DNA of 64,000 bases from Octopus sinensis (taxonomy: Eukaryota), in contig NC_043001.1 in NCBI RefSeq assembly GCF_006345805.1, positions 10,168,001 through 10,232,000 on the forward strand. Reading direction: 5' to 3'. The position numbers and the translations under genes were made by a program. Under the pieces are notes generated by a model that saw nothing but the letters and a program-made list of their open reading frames with translations, was not told the origin of the DNA and did not search any database. Positions 11,881 to 23,405 of this stretch are shown piece after piece (within the stretch, counting starts at the first letter, position 1; each line of letters begins with the position of its first letter).

Positions 11881-12484
11881 GGTGGCGAGCTGGCAGAAAC
11901 GTTAGCATGGCGGGCGAAATGCTTAGCGGTATTTCGTCTGCCGTTACATTCTGATTTCAAATTCCGCCGAGGTCGACTTTGCCTTTCCTCCTTTCGGGGT
12001 CGATATAATCAAGTACCAGTTATGCACTGGGGTCGATATAATCAACTTAATCCATCTGTCTGTCCTTGTTTGTCCCTTCTGTGTTTAGCCCATTGTAGGT
12101 AGTAAAGAAATAGGTATTTCGTCTGCCATTACGTTCTGAGTTCAGATTCCGCTGAGGTCGACTTTGCCTTTCATCCTTTCGGGGTCGATCAAATAAGTAC
12201 CAGTTATGCACTGGGGTTGATATAATCGACTTAATCCGTTTGTCTGTCCTTGTTTGTCCTCTCTGTGTTTACCCCTTGTGGGTAGTAAAGAAATAGGTAT
12301 TTTGTCTGCCATTACGTTCTGAGTTCAGATTCCGCTGAGGTCGACTTTGCCTTTCATCCTTTCGGGGTCGATCAAATAAGTACCAGTTATGCACTGGGGT
12401 TGATATAATCGACTTAATCCATTTGTCTGTCCTTGTTTGTCCCCTCCGTGTTTAGCCCCCATGTGGGTAGTAAAGAAATAGGTA
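11881..12484 (+). mobile_element. SINE family B with two extra head-less tandem units of about 184 bp
   Basis: GAAATAGGTA recurs at 12107, 12290 and 12475. Confidence 0.92.
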
Positions 12485-12779
12485 GATATCTATTCTAATA
12501 GACCCTATAGTGGGGGCTTTATTATCTTCAACTGTCAGGATTTCTAATTTTAAGCTTTCGTGTTGCCCATTCTCGAACTGTTCTGATACGTTGACATATC
12601 TTTTTTGAAATCCTATTTTATATTCAGATGTAATGACTTTTATCAGATAATAACTTGGCTACAACACAATCTCAGGCACTGAGCTGGATTTAACAAATAA
12701 ATCCATTGAATTAATTTTTAGCAACCAATCAACAATTAGTGTTCTATATTTATGCATTCCTAATAAGTAAAAATCTGTA

Positions 12780-13230
12780 GTGACACCATCTTGGAATTCT
12801 CCAGCATGCATGCGCTGAGTTGGATTCTTCCAGGAGGCCTGCCATAAGTTCCCTCATGCGCATGCACAGAAAACTAGCATCAGCGAAATTCCCTCGTATC
12901 GTTCTATCAAACGCTGGCAGCTGAACAGGACAGTCATGTTTTATCATCTCTCTCAAGCTGCTACTTCGTGGCATATCTCCGCTATGCTTGAATGGACAGG
13001 ATGTGGTTCACTCCACTTGACTACTGCGATATGCTCCTAGGCTGCCGATTCGCCCTGAAGGAAGAATGTATATATATTGCGAATCAAAAAATAAAATATT
13101 TATACTGTTGAAGATGATCGGAAGTCTTGACTCTTTCCTTTGATTAATATTTTTGATGTAAAGGATGCGAGCTGCACCCATCCAGTGCGGGGACCTCTCA
13201 TCCTGTTACAAATCCTTTCCACTTAAGCTG
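12780..13230. other. Unique GC/CpG-richer island (possible promoter, exon or young TE)
   Basis: Many retained CpGs against an AT-rich background, a YY1-like CCATCTTGG, an NRF1-like TGCGCATGCAC, and open frames of about 75-85 codons on both strands. Confidence 0.35.
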
Positions 13231-13920
13231 GTGCCCAATGAACAGCTGATCTTACACACACTCATATGCTAACCAACTTTTAATCTGTAGGCATTGCTGT
13301 TAGAAGAACATAATACTCTACTTTCTTATACCGATGTCTAAATAATATTTTCTTTTATAAATATTGCTACTCAAAGAAACTGTTTTACACATTTCTATCT
13401 GGAAACAGAATATTCTGCCATCTGCAGCTAGTCTTTGTAGGTGACACTTTTTTTAGTTGACCTGCAACACCATACATTTGTGAATTTAACAATCCTACTT
13501 TAAGATTGCATAAAGTCACATGCATACATACATAAAGCAATTTATATATCATACATGCATATATTTTCCAGATACCCACAATATATGTGAGCCTGTGTGA
13601 GCATGTGTGTGTGTGTGTATAAAAATGTATCGAAACATTCATACTAAAAGAATAGCAAGTTTAGAAAAACATGTTATTCACAAGCTTTTGCACATATGTT
13701 TTTTCACAAGTACGTGATATACCAGGTTAGAAGTAACATCTCTTAGAATAAATGTTATTGTCCCTGATATTTTTACCACTTGGACAAGATACAATTTTCT
13801 ATTAGTGTCAGCTAGGAAATAAATATATATATATATACACATACAACATGTTTCTTTACACCACTGTATTTATTTATACATACATATATATATTATATAT
13901 ATATATATATATATACATAT

Positions 13921-14186
13921 CGGTGGCACGCCCATGCCGGTGGCACGTAAAAAGCACCATCCGATCGTGGTCGTTTGCCAGCCTTGTCTGGCACCTGTGC
14001 AGGTGGCACATAAAAAGCACCCACTACACTCTCGGAGTGGTTGGCGTCAGGAAGGGCATCCAGCTGTAGAAACACTGCCAGATCAGACTGGGCCTGGTGC
14101 AGCCTCCATGGCTTCCCAGACCCCAGTTGAACCGTCCAACCCATGCTAGCATGGAAAACGGACGTTAAATGATGATAATGATGATG

Positions 14187-14188
<2 letters not shown>
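13921..14188 (+). mobile_element. SINE family C flanked by a 32-bp direct duplication
   Basis: Family C body. CATACAACATGTTTCTTTACACC(A/T)CTGTATTT occurs at 13840-13871 and 14231-14262. Confidence 0.9.
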
Positions 14189-14234
<46 letters not shown>

Positions 14235-14549
14235 CAACATGTTTCTTTACACCTCTGTATTTTTGCTTGCAATCTTTTACTGTTTGAAGAGTATAAAGAT
14301 GAATTCCTTCTTTAAATTCATTAAATTTTCCCTCAATTTATATTTCCTTGAACCAGGTTCTCTGACCACAGAGATGTGTATTATGTTGAACAGATGCACC
14401 ATTTTCACACCTCTTTTATTCCTATGTTAAGGCATGTCTTCTTTGATTCGGTTAGCAATCCCATTGTTTTGCACAATTCTCAAATGTTTAATTGCAACAA
14501 CAGACTCATGTGCTTCTAGTTCAGTTTTGGCATTTCTATCTTTTAGTAT

Positions 14550-15170
14550 ATTCAGGAATGCCTGTGTGGTTAAGGAACCCACTTTGGTATCATGTGGTTT
14601 AAGGTTCAGTTCCACTACGATGCACCTTGGGAAAGTGTCTTGTACTACATCTCCTAGCCAACCAATGCCTTGTCAGTGAATTTGGTACATGGGAACTGTA
14701 TGGAGGTGGCGAGCTGGCAGAAACATTAGCACGCCGGGCGAAATGCTTAGTGGTATTTTGTCTGTCGTTACGTTCTGAGTTCAAATTCTGCCAAGGTCGA
14801 CTTTGCCTTTCATCCTTTCAGGGTCGATAAATTAAGTACCAGTTATGCACAGGGGTCAATCTAATGGTCTTAATCCCTTTGTCTGTCCTTGTTTCTCCTG
14901 TCTGTGTTTAGCCCCTTGTGGGTAATAAAGAAATAGGAAACTGTATGGAGGCCAAGGATGTGTGTGTGTGTTTATGTTTCCTTCATCTCCGCTTCATCTC
15001 CTTGTATGTAACGTAACAAACAGTCTGGCAAAAGAGATAGATAACGTACAAGACTTCAAAAGGTAAAAAAATGAATCAGAATTCATTTGTTTGACTACAC
15101 CTTTCAAAGCAGTGCTCCAGCATGACCATTCAGTCTCATGATTGAAACGAGTATAAGATAAAAGATAAAA
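14550..15170 (+). mobile_element. Degraded SINE family A interrupted by SINE family B
   Basis: Family A head at 14550-14700, continuing after 14951. Confidence 0.75.
14704..14937 (+). mobile_element. SINE family B with a 13-bp target-site duplication
   Basis: AACTGTATGGAGG at 14694-14706 and 14939-14951. Confidence 0.92.
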
Positions 15171-15841
15171 TCATGATATTTTTTTTAGCTTTATTTTCTA
15201 ATATTTGATTCAATTCTAAGGATCAGCCTTGCTTAATCCACTCCTTCATGTTAGTTTTTCTTGATGGTGCATTCGTCTTCATAGCAATTTCCTTGTTTAC
15301 ATTTTTACAGTGTTAATTAATTTGGGAACATTTTTATAAAACACTTAATTAAACTATTGTAATTAGTAATAATTTCTGTTTAATATCATAACAACATTTT
15401 CCTGTTATTGTATTATATCTCTTATTTTCATTTTGCCAAAACATATTATCTTTACATTTTTGATTTGAAAAATACTATTGCATGTAATTGAAGTATGAAA
15501 GGAAATATGAAATCATTATCATGATCATTAACATTTAATATCCATTTTCCTTGCTGGCATGGGTCTGACAGTGTGATAGGAGCTGGTTAGGACCAGGAAC
15601 CAGAACAGGTTTCATTGTCTGTTTCATAAAATTGAATTGATCTGTTTTATCATATCAGTTTAATTGAGCATGTAATCTAGTACAGATTGGTGTGCGGAAA
15701 TGTGTACATCATACATAGAGTGATGCCAGTGTGGATGGAAGTCTCAGAGCCCAGAGTTTGATTGCAACAATAATCGGAACATCATTATTTCATTTTGGAA
15801 TAGGAGTTTCCTTAGTGCTTCAGCTTTTGTTTTGTTTCGAA

Positions 15842-16238
15842 TACAGGCGCAGGAGTGGCTGTGTGGTAAGTAGCTTGCTAACCAACCACATGGTTCCGGG
15901 TTCAGTCCCACTGCATGGCATCTTGGGCAAGTGTCTTTTGCTATAGCCCCGGGCCTACCAATGCCTTGTGAGTGGATTTGGTAGACGGAAACTGAAAGAA
16001 GCCTGTCGTATATATGTATATATATATATATGTGTTTGTGTGTCTGTGTTTGTCCCCCTAGCATTGCTTGACAACCGATGCTGGTGTGTTTACATCCCCG
16101 TCACTTAGTGGTTCGGCAAAAGAGACCGATAGAATAAGTACTGGGCTTACAAAGAATAAGTCCCGGGGTCGATTTGCTCGACTAAAGGTGGTGCTCCAGC
16201 ATGGCCGCAGTCAAATGACTGAAACAAGTAAAGAGAGA
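15842..16238 (+). mobile_element. SINE family A, full length
   Basis: Complete head, CORE-like block, microsatellite and tail. Confidence 0.93.
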
Positions 16239-16449
16239 GGAATATTTCTGTTCTATAATTTTGAATGGATAAAAAGAATTCTATTCCCTCAGTGAGCTTT
16301 TTGCTTCCTCTTGTTCTATATTTTTCAAGTAGCTCCATTTCTTATTGTTACTAATTAGGATATGTTAATTCTTTAAATATCTTACTAATTATTTTATGGA
16401 CCTTATTCTTTTCTTCTCAGTTTAATAGATTCATTTGATAACCTTGTCT

Positions 16450-16507
16450 GCTTTCAGTCACATGGAAGCTTTCAGTCACATGGAAGCTTTCAGTCACATG
16501 GAAGCTT
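16450..16507. repeat. Perfect 18-bp tandem repeat x3 (GCTTTCAGTCACATGGAA)
   Basis: Seen directly. Confidence 0.95.
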
Positions 16508-16767
16508 ATAATAAACTTATTTGACCTCACTTTTCATTTGCAAAAGAAATGGAATCTTGCACTTTCAAATTCTGTTGCCAGCATCGCAGCTTCAGGTGTC
16601 AGTTCTGAACTTTCATTTTACCTTGATAAGAATATATCTACTTTAATATATTGGATTTCATTTTGAGGTTTAGCTATGGCTTCAAAATTTGTAATCTTTC
16701 ACAGGTACTGAACATTCTAGATTAATTTGCTGCATCTCTCACTTTTTCTTTTTACTGTTATACACTG

Positions 16768-17600
16768 TACAAGGTAGTGTCAAAAGATTCTTGGGCTTGT
16801 TACGTTTAATAAAAAATAACTTATTTACCTAAATTTTAACATCATCTCCTTCGAAGTAATTACCTTGCACAGCAATACACTGGTCCCAGTATTCCTGCCA
16901 CTTTCAGACCCTGGCCTGGAGGTTGTTTTCCGTGAGGTGAAGAGCTTTTGCAATTTGCTCTGGATCTCAACAGTGGTGTTAAAACAGCCACGTTTGAGCT
17001 GCATTTTCATCTTGGAGAAGAGATGGAAGTCTGCAGGAATCTGGGGAATAGGGTGGGTACGGAAGGGTTATCATGTTGTTTTCGGCAAGTAGCTCATGAG
17101 TGACGAGAGCTCAGTGAAGAATCCAGTTCTTCATTCTACACAGATCCGGTTGCTTTCACTGAACATCCTACCTCAAACACTTCAAAATGTCACCATAGAA
17201 CTTTTGATTGATGGTCTGGTCCTGGGGGACGAATTCCAGATGCACAATATCACATTTCTGGGGATGATGCTTGTAGCAGGTCTTCCAGATTGCTCATCAT
17301 CTTCCAGGGATGTTCCTTCTCTTTTCAAGCACCTGTGTCACTATGTACAATCCATTGCCTTGGTGCTGTAAGCTTGCTGAAGCATGTTCAAAATGTCTCT
17401 GTAGCAGACTTCCCAAGTTTAATGCAAAATTTCACATTGGTTCTTTGTTGCAACTTCCTGTGCATGACAATCACAGACTACAGCATACACGTGATCACAA
17501 AAACACAAATTTCACAACTTGTGAAGTAAACACTCTGATGTCGCTCAACACACTGACTCATGAAGGTCACTGTAATCTCTTTATTTGGCACTACAGCCAT
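16768..17600 (-). mobile_element. Mariner element, internally deleted pseudo-transposase
   Basis: The minus strand reads MHRKLQQRTNVKFCIKLGKSATETF...EDDEQSGRPATS, then jumps to HLEFVPQDQTINQKFYGDILKCL...PYPPYSPD...KWQEYWDQCIAVQGNYFEGD. A TA-flanked terminal repeat lies at 16768, with a decayed partner near 17580-17600. Confidence 0.9.
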
Positions 17601-19297
17601 AACACAGAGGGGACAACACAAAGACAGACAGAACATCTCAGTGGGGACAAAAACATAAAATGAATGAAAAATGTTGAAATGTACAATGAAGTTGATGGTG
17701 ATGAAATGGCTGCATGTACCCCACACACATGCAGTACCATTTGAACGTTCTTACTTCTCGTTTATAATCATTTTCAGTGTTTTTTTCCTATTAGCATCGT
17801 TTTGTTTTACTCTTCTTTTTTCCTTTTATTCCTTGCTTTCTTAAACCACAATTTCCTCTTTTTTTTTTAATACCTTATATATGGCTGTATTTCGCTTAGT
17901 TCAATTACTGGTGGCAGTTCATTGAACTACACCACGAATCCTGGCAGTTCAAAATTCCATTTTTCTTTCAACCTGCTATATTCTTCTTTGTCGATCGAAA
18001 TTGCTTTCACATTCTCTCTGTACATGTTCTTGGGTAACTTCACCCTTATAAAATGAAGGCCAGTGTGAGCTGCCACTGCACACACAACCTTGTGCTGCCA
18101 TATGTTGGTGCACTATGGAACTATTCCAGGAACTCTTTGATACCACTTTGTACATCATATCAGTCTGTTGCATTTTAGTTTCTCTCTGTTTTTCTTTATC
18201 TACGTTGCAGTCTTTTTCCAAAAGCCTCATGTCAATAGAACTGAAATGCCAAAGGCTAAACCCTTTATTTTTTTTTCAGAGCTCTGACAATAATATGAAG
18301 TCTACTTTGATTATTTTCACTAATTGCTCCATCTTACCATGCATCTTTTGTATATATCAACTTGAAATTACGTCTCCCTAAATTCTATGGTAGCTATTAC
18401 ATTACAAGAAATTTAGAGAAATGCAAACAGGAAGTGAGTAATTAGTATATAAGACTGTGTGTTGAGACTACTAATTTTGAAATGTCTGTATTTTTAATCC
18501 ACGTATTTCTGTGCGGATATATATTACATGTATTTGTATATATTCCTGCAAGTAAATGCATTTCTGTGTTCAACCATACTTTCATTCTTAATCACACACC
18601 CTTCACAAAATATGGCCTGAGTGTGTGAAGAATGGGTGTGCTTGTGTGAGAGTAAAAGCTTGCGGTGGTTGTCATTATACTTTAATCTTGCTTTTAAGAA
18701 CCACTTGCAACAATTCTTTTGCTGTTTTTCTCTTCCATTCTACTGGTCGGTTGCCCTTCTAGGCAGTAAAATCAATGCTGTTTGGTAATATGGATCTACA
18801 TTGAGAGTATATATCTCTGCCATATATCTTTCTGCTACTTCAGTATTGATCTACGTTTAATCATTTTTCAGTTTATATGTGTTCCATCCTATATATTCTA
18901 TTTTCCATGTCTTCTTGTCACTCTCAGTTTTGTATCAACACTGAATTTTGATAAATTGCTTCTTACACATCTCTGCTTTTCTGTTATCTATCAATATCAC
19001 ATTTCCAGGCCTTGTATTCTATATATTCTAACTACTTTACGCATGTACATTTTTAGATTGTTTTTAAGAACTTCTACTGGTTCATAGGTCACAACTATCT
19101 TCGATGCGCCTAATTATCACCCTCTTTAGCTAGTAGTGTCCATAGACCCCTTCTTTAGTACAATCTGTAGAGAACTGATATGACCCATTCTGATAATGCA
19201 ATATCTCAATTAATCCTTTTGCCTGGTTTTTTTACCTCTCTCGTGCGCTGAAGCTTTTTTTTTTCCTTTTTCTTCAATCTTCACATCTTTGTTTTAG

Positions 19298-19333
19298 GAT
19301 GGAACTCAGATAGATGAAAAAAGGACTTGGAAT
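19298..19333 (+). CDS. Candidate exon (DGTQIDEKRTWN), unidentified
   Basis: A pyrimidine tract of about 45 nt ending ttttAG, donor AAT|GTGAAT, phase 0-0. Confidence 0.25.
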
Positions 19334-20595
19334 GTGAATATTATTTTGGCATGTAACAAATAACTGATTAAAATTAATTACTGATAAAAACTACACAAAT
19401 GACTTACAGTAATCAAAGATCTTCCTATGTAATTAGAGGGAAAAAAAATCTTATATGTTTTCTTTGAGATTTCCCAATCTTGATCTGAAAGGATTTCACC
19501 CATTTTACCATAGCAACACATGTCAGCTTAGAAAAATATTTGATCTCCGGTATTTGACAGATTAATAATGATTTTTTTTTAGGGTAGCAATTTGAGTTTT
19601 GGATGGCAACTTCTATGGTTCAATACCAATAGTAATGCAAACTAGGCAAACTTTGATGTTTCATCATCATTCAAGGAATTATTGATTAAACAAGCTTGAA
19701 TAAATCGACTTTAGTAGTAGTAGTAGTAATAGAATTTCTCCTTGTTTTAAGGAAACAGAACTTTTATCTTCTGTGTTTTATCAGCTCATTTTGAATAGAA
19801 TCTTAAAAGATAGAATATAAATCTAGATGCCATATATTTATGAAATTTATAATTCGAGTTAACACTGTTTCAAATGATTATATTTTCATTTTGTCATAAT
19901 ACAAAAGTACAATGTGGTGTTGGTAGGCAAAAACCAAAGGTTTAATTTAATTTGTTTCTTTCTCCAATTTTTAAGTAGAGTTTAAACTCTTTTATAATAC
20001 TTCCTTGATAACTATCCATCAGGGAAATATGTCATAAAATGCAAACAGAAATGTCACATTTTAAATCTCAAACCCAACAAATTTGAACAGGGATAATACA
20101 AGATTGATGAGATAGATGCCTTAAATCTTGTATTGAGTTTGTATTGTTTTCAGAGCAATTATATTAATATGATGTATATTAAATAAAAATGAGTGAATGT
20201 TTAATAATTGTTTTATTTACAAAAAGAAGGAAATACATGTGATTTTACACATTTTAAGTACATTCACATTTATAAATGACAGAATGTCTATAATAATAAT
20301 ATAAAATATTACTCCCTTATTAAAGTCATTCAGCTATTGATATAGCTTTCAAATTATTTTCAATCATGTTTTGCTATGTTTTACTAAATTGTGTTGCAAA
20401 AATAATTTAAAACAGAAAATTACTGAACAAAGTTTCTTCCAAATCAATTCACTCTTGTCCCTAATGTGCAGGAATTATTTATCTGTAAGTACACCAATTT
20501 ATGTTGCAAAATACTTGATATTTTGAAAGGGTTTCTTCCAATTAACTGAATAGCTGTGGAACTCTAAAAAGTTCATGTAAGTTCGTTTTTTTTTT

Positions 20596-21046
20596 TTACC
20601 CTTTCGATACCAATCCGGCTCTGTAGTACAAATGTCTTGTTTTCAAAAGTTCCACCAAACCTTAGTCACTATTTATGTTACTAATACCAGCTTAATGACA
20701 ACTAAATTATTTTACTAAATTCTTTGTTGTATCTAAAATTAATTCAAAGAAACATAGAACATCTCAACAGAAATATGGTGATAAAAGGGTTAAAATATAT
20801 AATTGAGTAACAATTCTTAACCCTTTTGTTACCAACCCAGCTGAAACCGCCTCTGGCCCTGTAGTACAAATGTCTTGTTTCCATAAGTTCTGAATTAAAA
20901 TCTTCCAACAAACCTTAGTCACACTATATGTTCCTAACACTAGCTTAAGGATAACAAAGTTATTTTACTAAATTCTTTGTTATATTTAAAGTAAATTGAA
21001 AGAGACACAAAGCATCACAGAATAAATACAGTAATGAAAGGGTTAA
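20596..21046. mobile_element. Two adjacent piggyBac-type MITEs (20596-20792 and 20817-21046)
   Basis: TTAA-CCCTTT...AAAGGG-TTAA termini and a shared body. Confidence 0.88.
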
Positions 21047-21439
21047 TATCTGCTTTCCCATGGTAACAGGTGTTGGACATTGGGCATATTTGAGGAGGAA
21101 TTTTACAGTTGGATGCTCTCCTTGTTGCTATCCCTCACCTGTTTTTGAAGTGAAAGAATTTTTGTTCCATGGGTCTTTGAAAGCAAAGAGCCCCCTGTCC
21201 TAAGGAGTGTAAACATTCACCATTTCATTTGAGTGAAACTATGGGATATCAACATTCACCACAAATACACATACTTATATGCAGCACTAGGGAGTCTCAA
21301 TTGTTAAACTCTAGCAAATCTGGTTTACTCAGATGTTTGCTACAAACAATAACTGATAGTATATAAATGAGAGACACACACGTATGTAAAACAGTCCTTG
21401 ATTGAATGTCCCAATAGTTTATGCAATATAGCAACGAAA

Positions 21440-21827
21440 TGTGGAAGCACTCTGTCGGTTACGACGACAAGGGTTCCGGTTGATCCGAATCAACGGAACA
21501 GCCTGCTCGTGAAATTAACATGTATGTGGCTGAGCACTCCACAGACACATGTACCCTTAACGTAGTTCTCGGGGATATTCAGCATGACACAGAGAGTGAC
21601 AAGGCCGGCCCCTTGAAATACAGGCACAACAGAAACAGGAAGTAAGAGTGAGAGAAAGTTGTGGTGAAAGAGTACAGCAGGGATCACCACCACCCCCTGC
21701 CGGAGCCTCGTGGAGCTTTAGGTGTTTTCGCTCAATAAACACTCGCAACGCCCGGTCTGGGAATCGAAACCGTGATCCTATGACCGCGAGTCCACTGCCC
21801 TAACCACTGGGCCATTGCGCCTCCACA
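21440..21827 (-). mobile_element. tRNA-derived SINE family D (tRNA-Arg-like head)
   Basis: The minus strand reads GGCGCAATGGCCCAGTGGTTAGGGCAGTGGACTCGCGG...GGTTTCGATTCCCAGACC, giving Pol III A and B boxes and a CTCGCGG anticodon-like loop. Confidence 0.85.
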
Positions 21828-21996
21828 AGCAACAAAATGTACGTAATATGTGAAGAAAGCATAATCTCTGTTGTGGCACTAGACTGAAATGCTCTGCCGA
21901 TTGTGTGATGAAAAAATCCTTTTGAGAAATATATGCCACAGTAACATGTTCGAAAATGCTATAGAAGGAAGGAGTTTTCATCTAGAAGTCGGCAGT

Positions 21997-22230
21997 CATC
22001 ATCATCATCGTTTAACCTCCGTTTTCCATGCTAGCATGGGTTGGACGGTTCGACCGGGGTCTGGGAAGCCAGGAGGCTACACCAGGCTCCTGTCCAATCT
22101 GGCGATGTTTCTACAGCTGAATGCCCTTCCTAATGCCAATCACTCTATGAGTGTAGTGGGTGCTTTTTATGTGCCAGGTGAGGCTGGCAACGGTCACGAT
22201 CGGTTGGTGCTTTTTATGTGCCACCGGCAT
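21997..22230 (-). mobile_element. SINE family C
   Basis: (CAT)n followed by the reverse-complement body. Confidence 0.9.
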
Positions 22231-22621
22231 GGAAATATTATATTAGAATATTACAGTAAACTTAAGCAAGAACACTACCTAATATTGAAACTTTTCTGAG
22301 TAGTACCATAAATGAAACTACTACATGGAATATGAATTTGTCTGACTCATACATGCAGAGGTGTTGACTCTTTGCTATTGTTTATCTGCTTCAAGTAAGC
22401 AAAATATTTGTTTCCATAAATTTATATCATAACAACGCATGGTTGACTATGATGCATTTCTTTTCAAATTACTATAATCACTTTGCTTTGTATAAGCTAT
22501 AGAAACAAACATAAAACTTATGTGATTGCAAAGAAATCCTCTCCTCACAATTTGACATTGATATATAGAGTCTGAGAAGCATACTCAATTGCTGTGATGA
22601 ATATCTCTGTAGTTTCTCCAC

Positions 22622-22849
22622 TTAACCCCTTAGCATTTGGACTACTGTGTCAAATGTAATACTTATTCATCCACATTGTTTTGAATTAATTATGCATTAT
22701 CTTGTTGCTTTGAGATTTCAGTGATAGGATTGTATATTTTGAGAATGACATTGTAGGATAGATGTGAGAGGCCAGAGCTGGCCAGTTTAAGCATAAAACA
22801 GGTGGAATATTTGGGCCAGATGTGGCTAGTTTAAATGCCAAAGGATTAA
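22622..22849. mobile_element. Second piggyBac-type MITE family
   Basis: TTAA-CCCCTTAGCATTT...AAATGCCAAAGGA-TTAA. Confidence 0.75.
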
Positions 22850-23351
22850 ACCCTTTACTTCTCAAAGCAAGTAGTACCGCTAACTGGAGAGTAATGGAAA
22901 ATTTTGTATGGGTACTGGAAAGAAAGGGGCTCCAGAGTAGGGAGTGACATGCTTATGTACAGCTTTGTAGTTACTGTTTCCAAGTTAAGTATAAACTTTA
23001 AAAAAATAATTAAATGTAAGAATTATGACGATCTGTTTTGTTAACTTCAATCACAAAGACACTGTCGATAGCAATAAGAACAACTGTTATTAAAATAGAC
23101 TTTGAAATGTAAGTAAATAATAATATCTATGCACATAAATTGTAAACAAAAGTATAATTTAAGAGTTGCTGAAAATTTTTGGGTATTTCCATTCATGTAT
23201 TAAAGTCATCCACTGCACTAGTGTGAAGTATTATTCTGACGTGTGTGTGTCTCTGTGTGTGTAAACCTACTGTTTATGTAGACATGTATGTGTCTGTGTG
23301 TGTAAACCTACGGTTTTTGAAGCATTGGCTTAAAGAAATAATCTTGTTCAG

Positions 23352-23405
23352 AGCTGAATTCATAATTTCACCAATGTTAAAAGTCTATGAACGAAAGAAT
23401 TTCAG
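23352..23405 (+). CDS. Candidate 54-nt exon (AEFIISPMLKVYERKNF), unidentified
   Basis: Acceptor atcttgttcAG, donor CAG|GTAGTT, phase 2-2, open. Confidence 0.2.

Noticed and set aside
21750-21827. tRNA-like sequence
   Set aside because: It is the head of a SINE. It continues into the SINE body and the acceptor stem is not intact.
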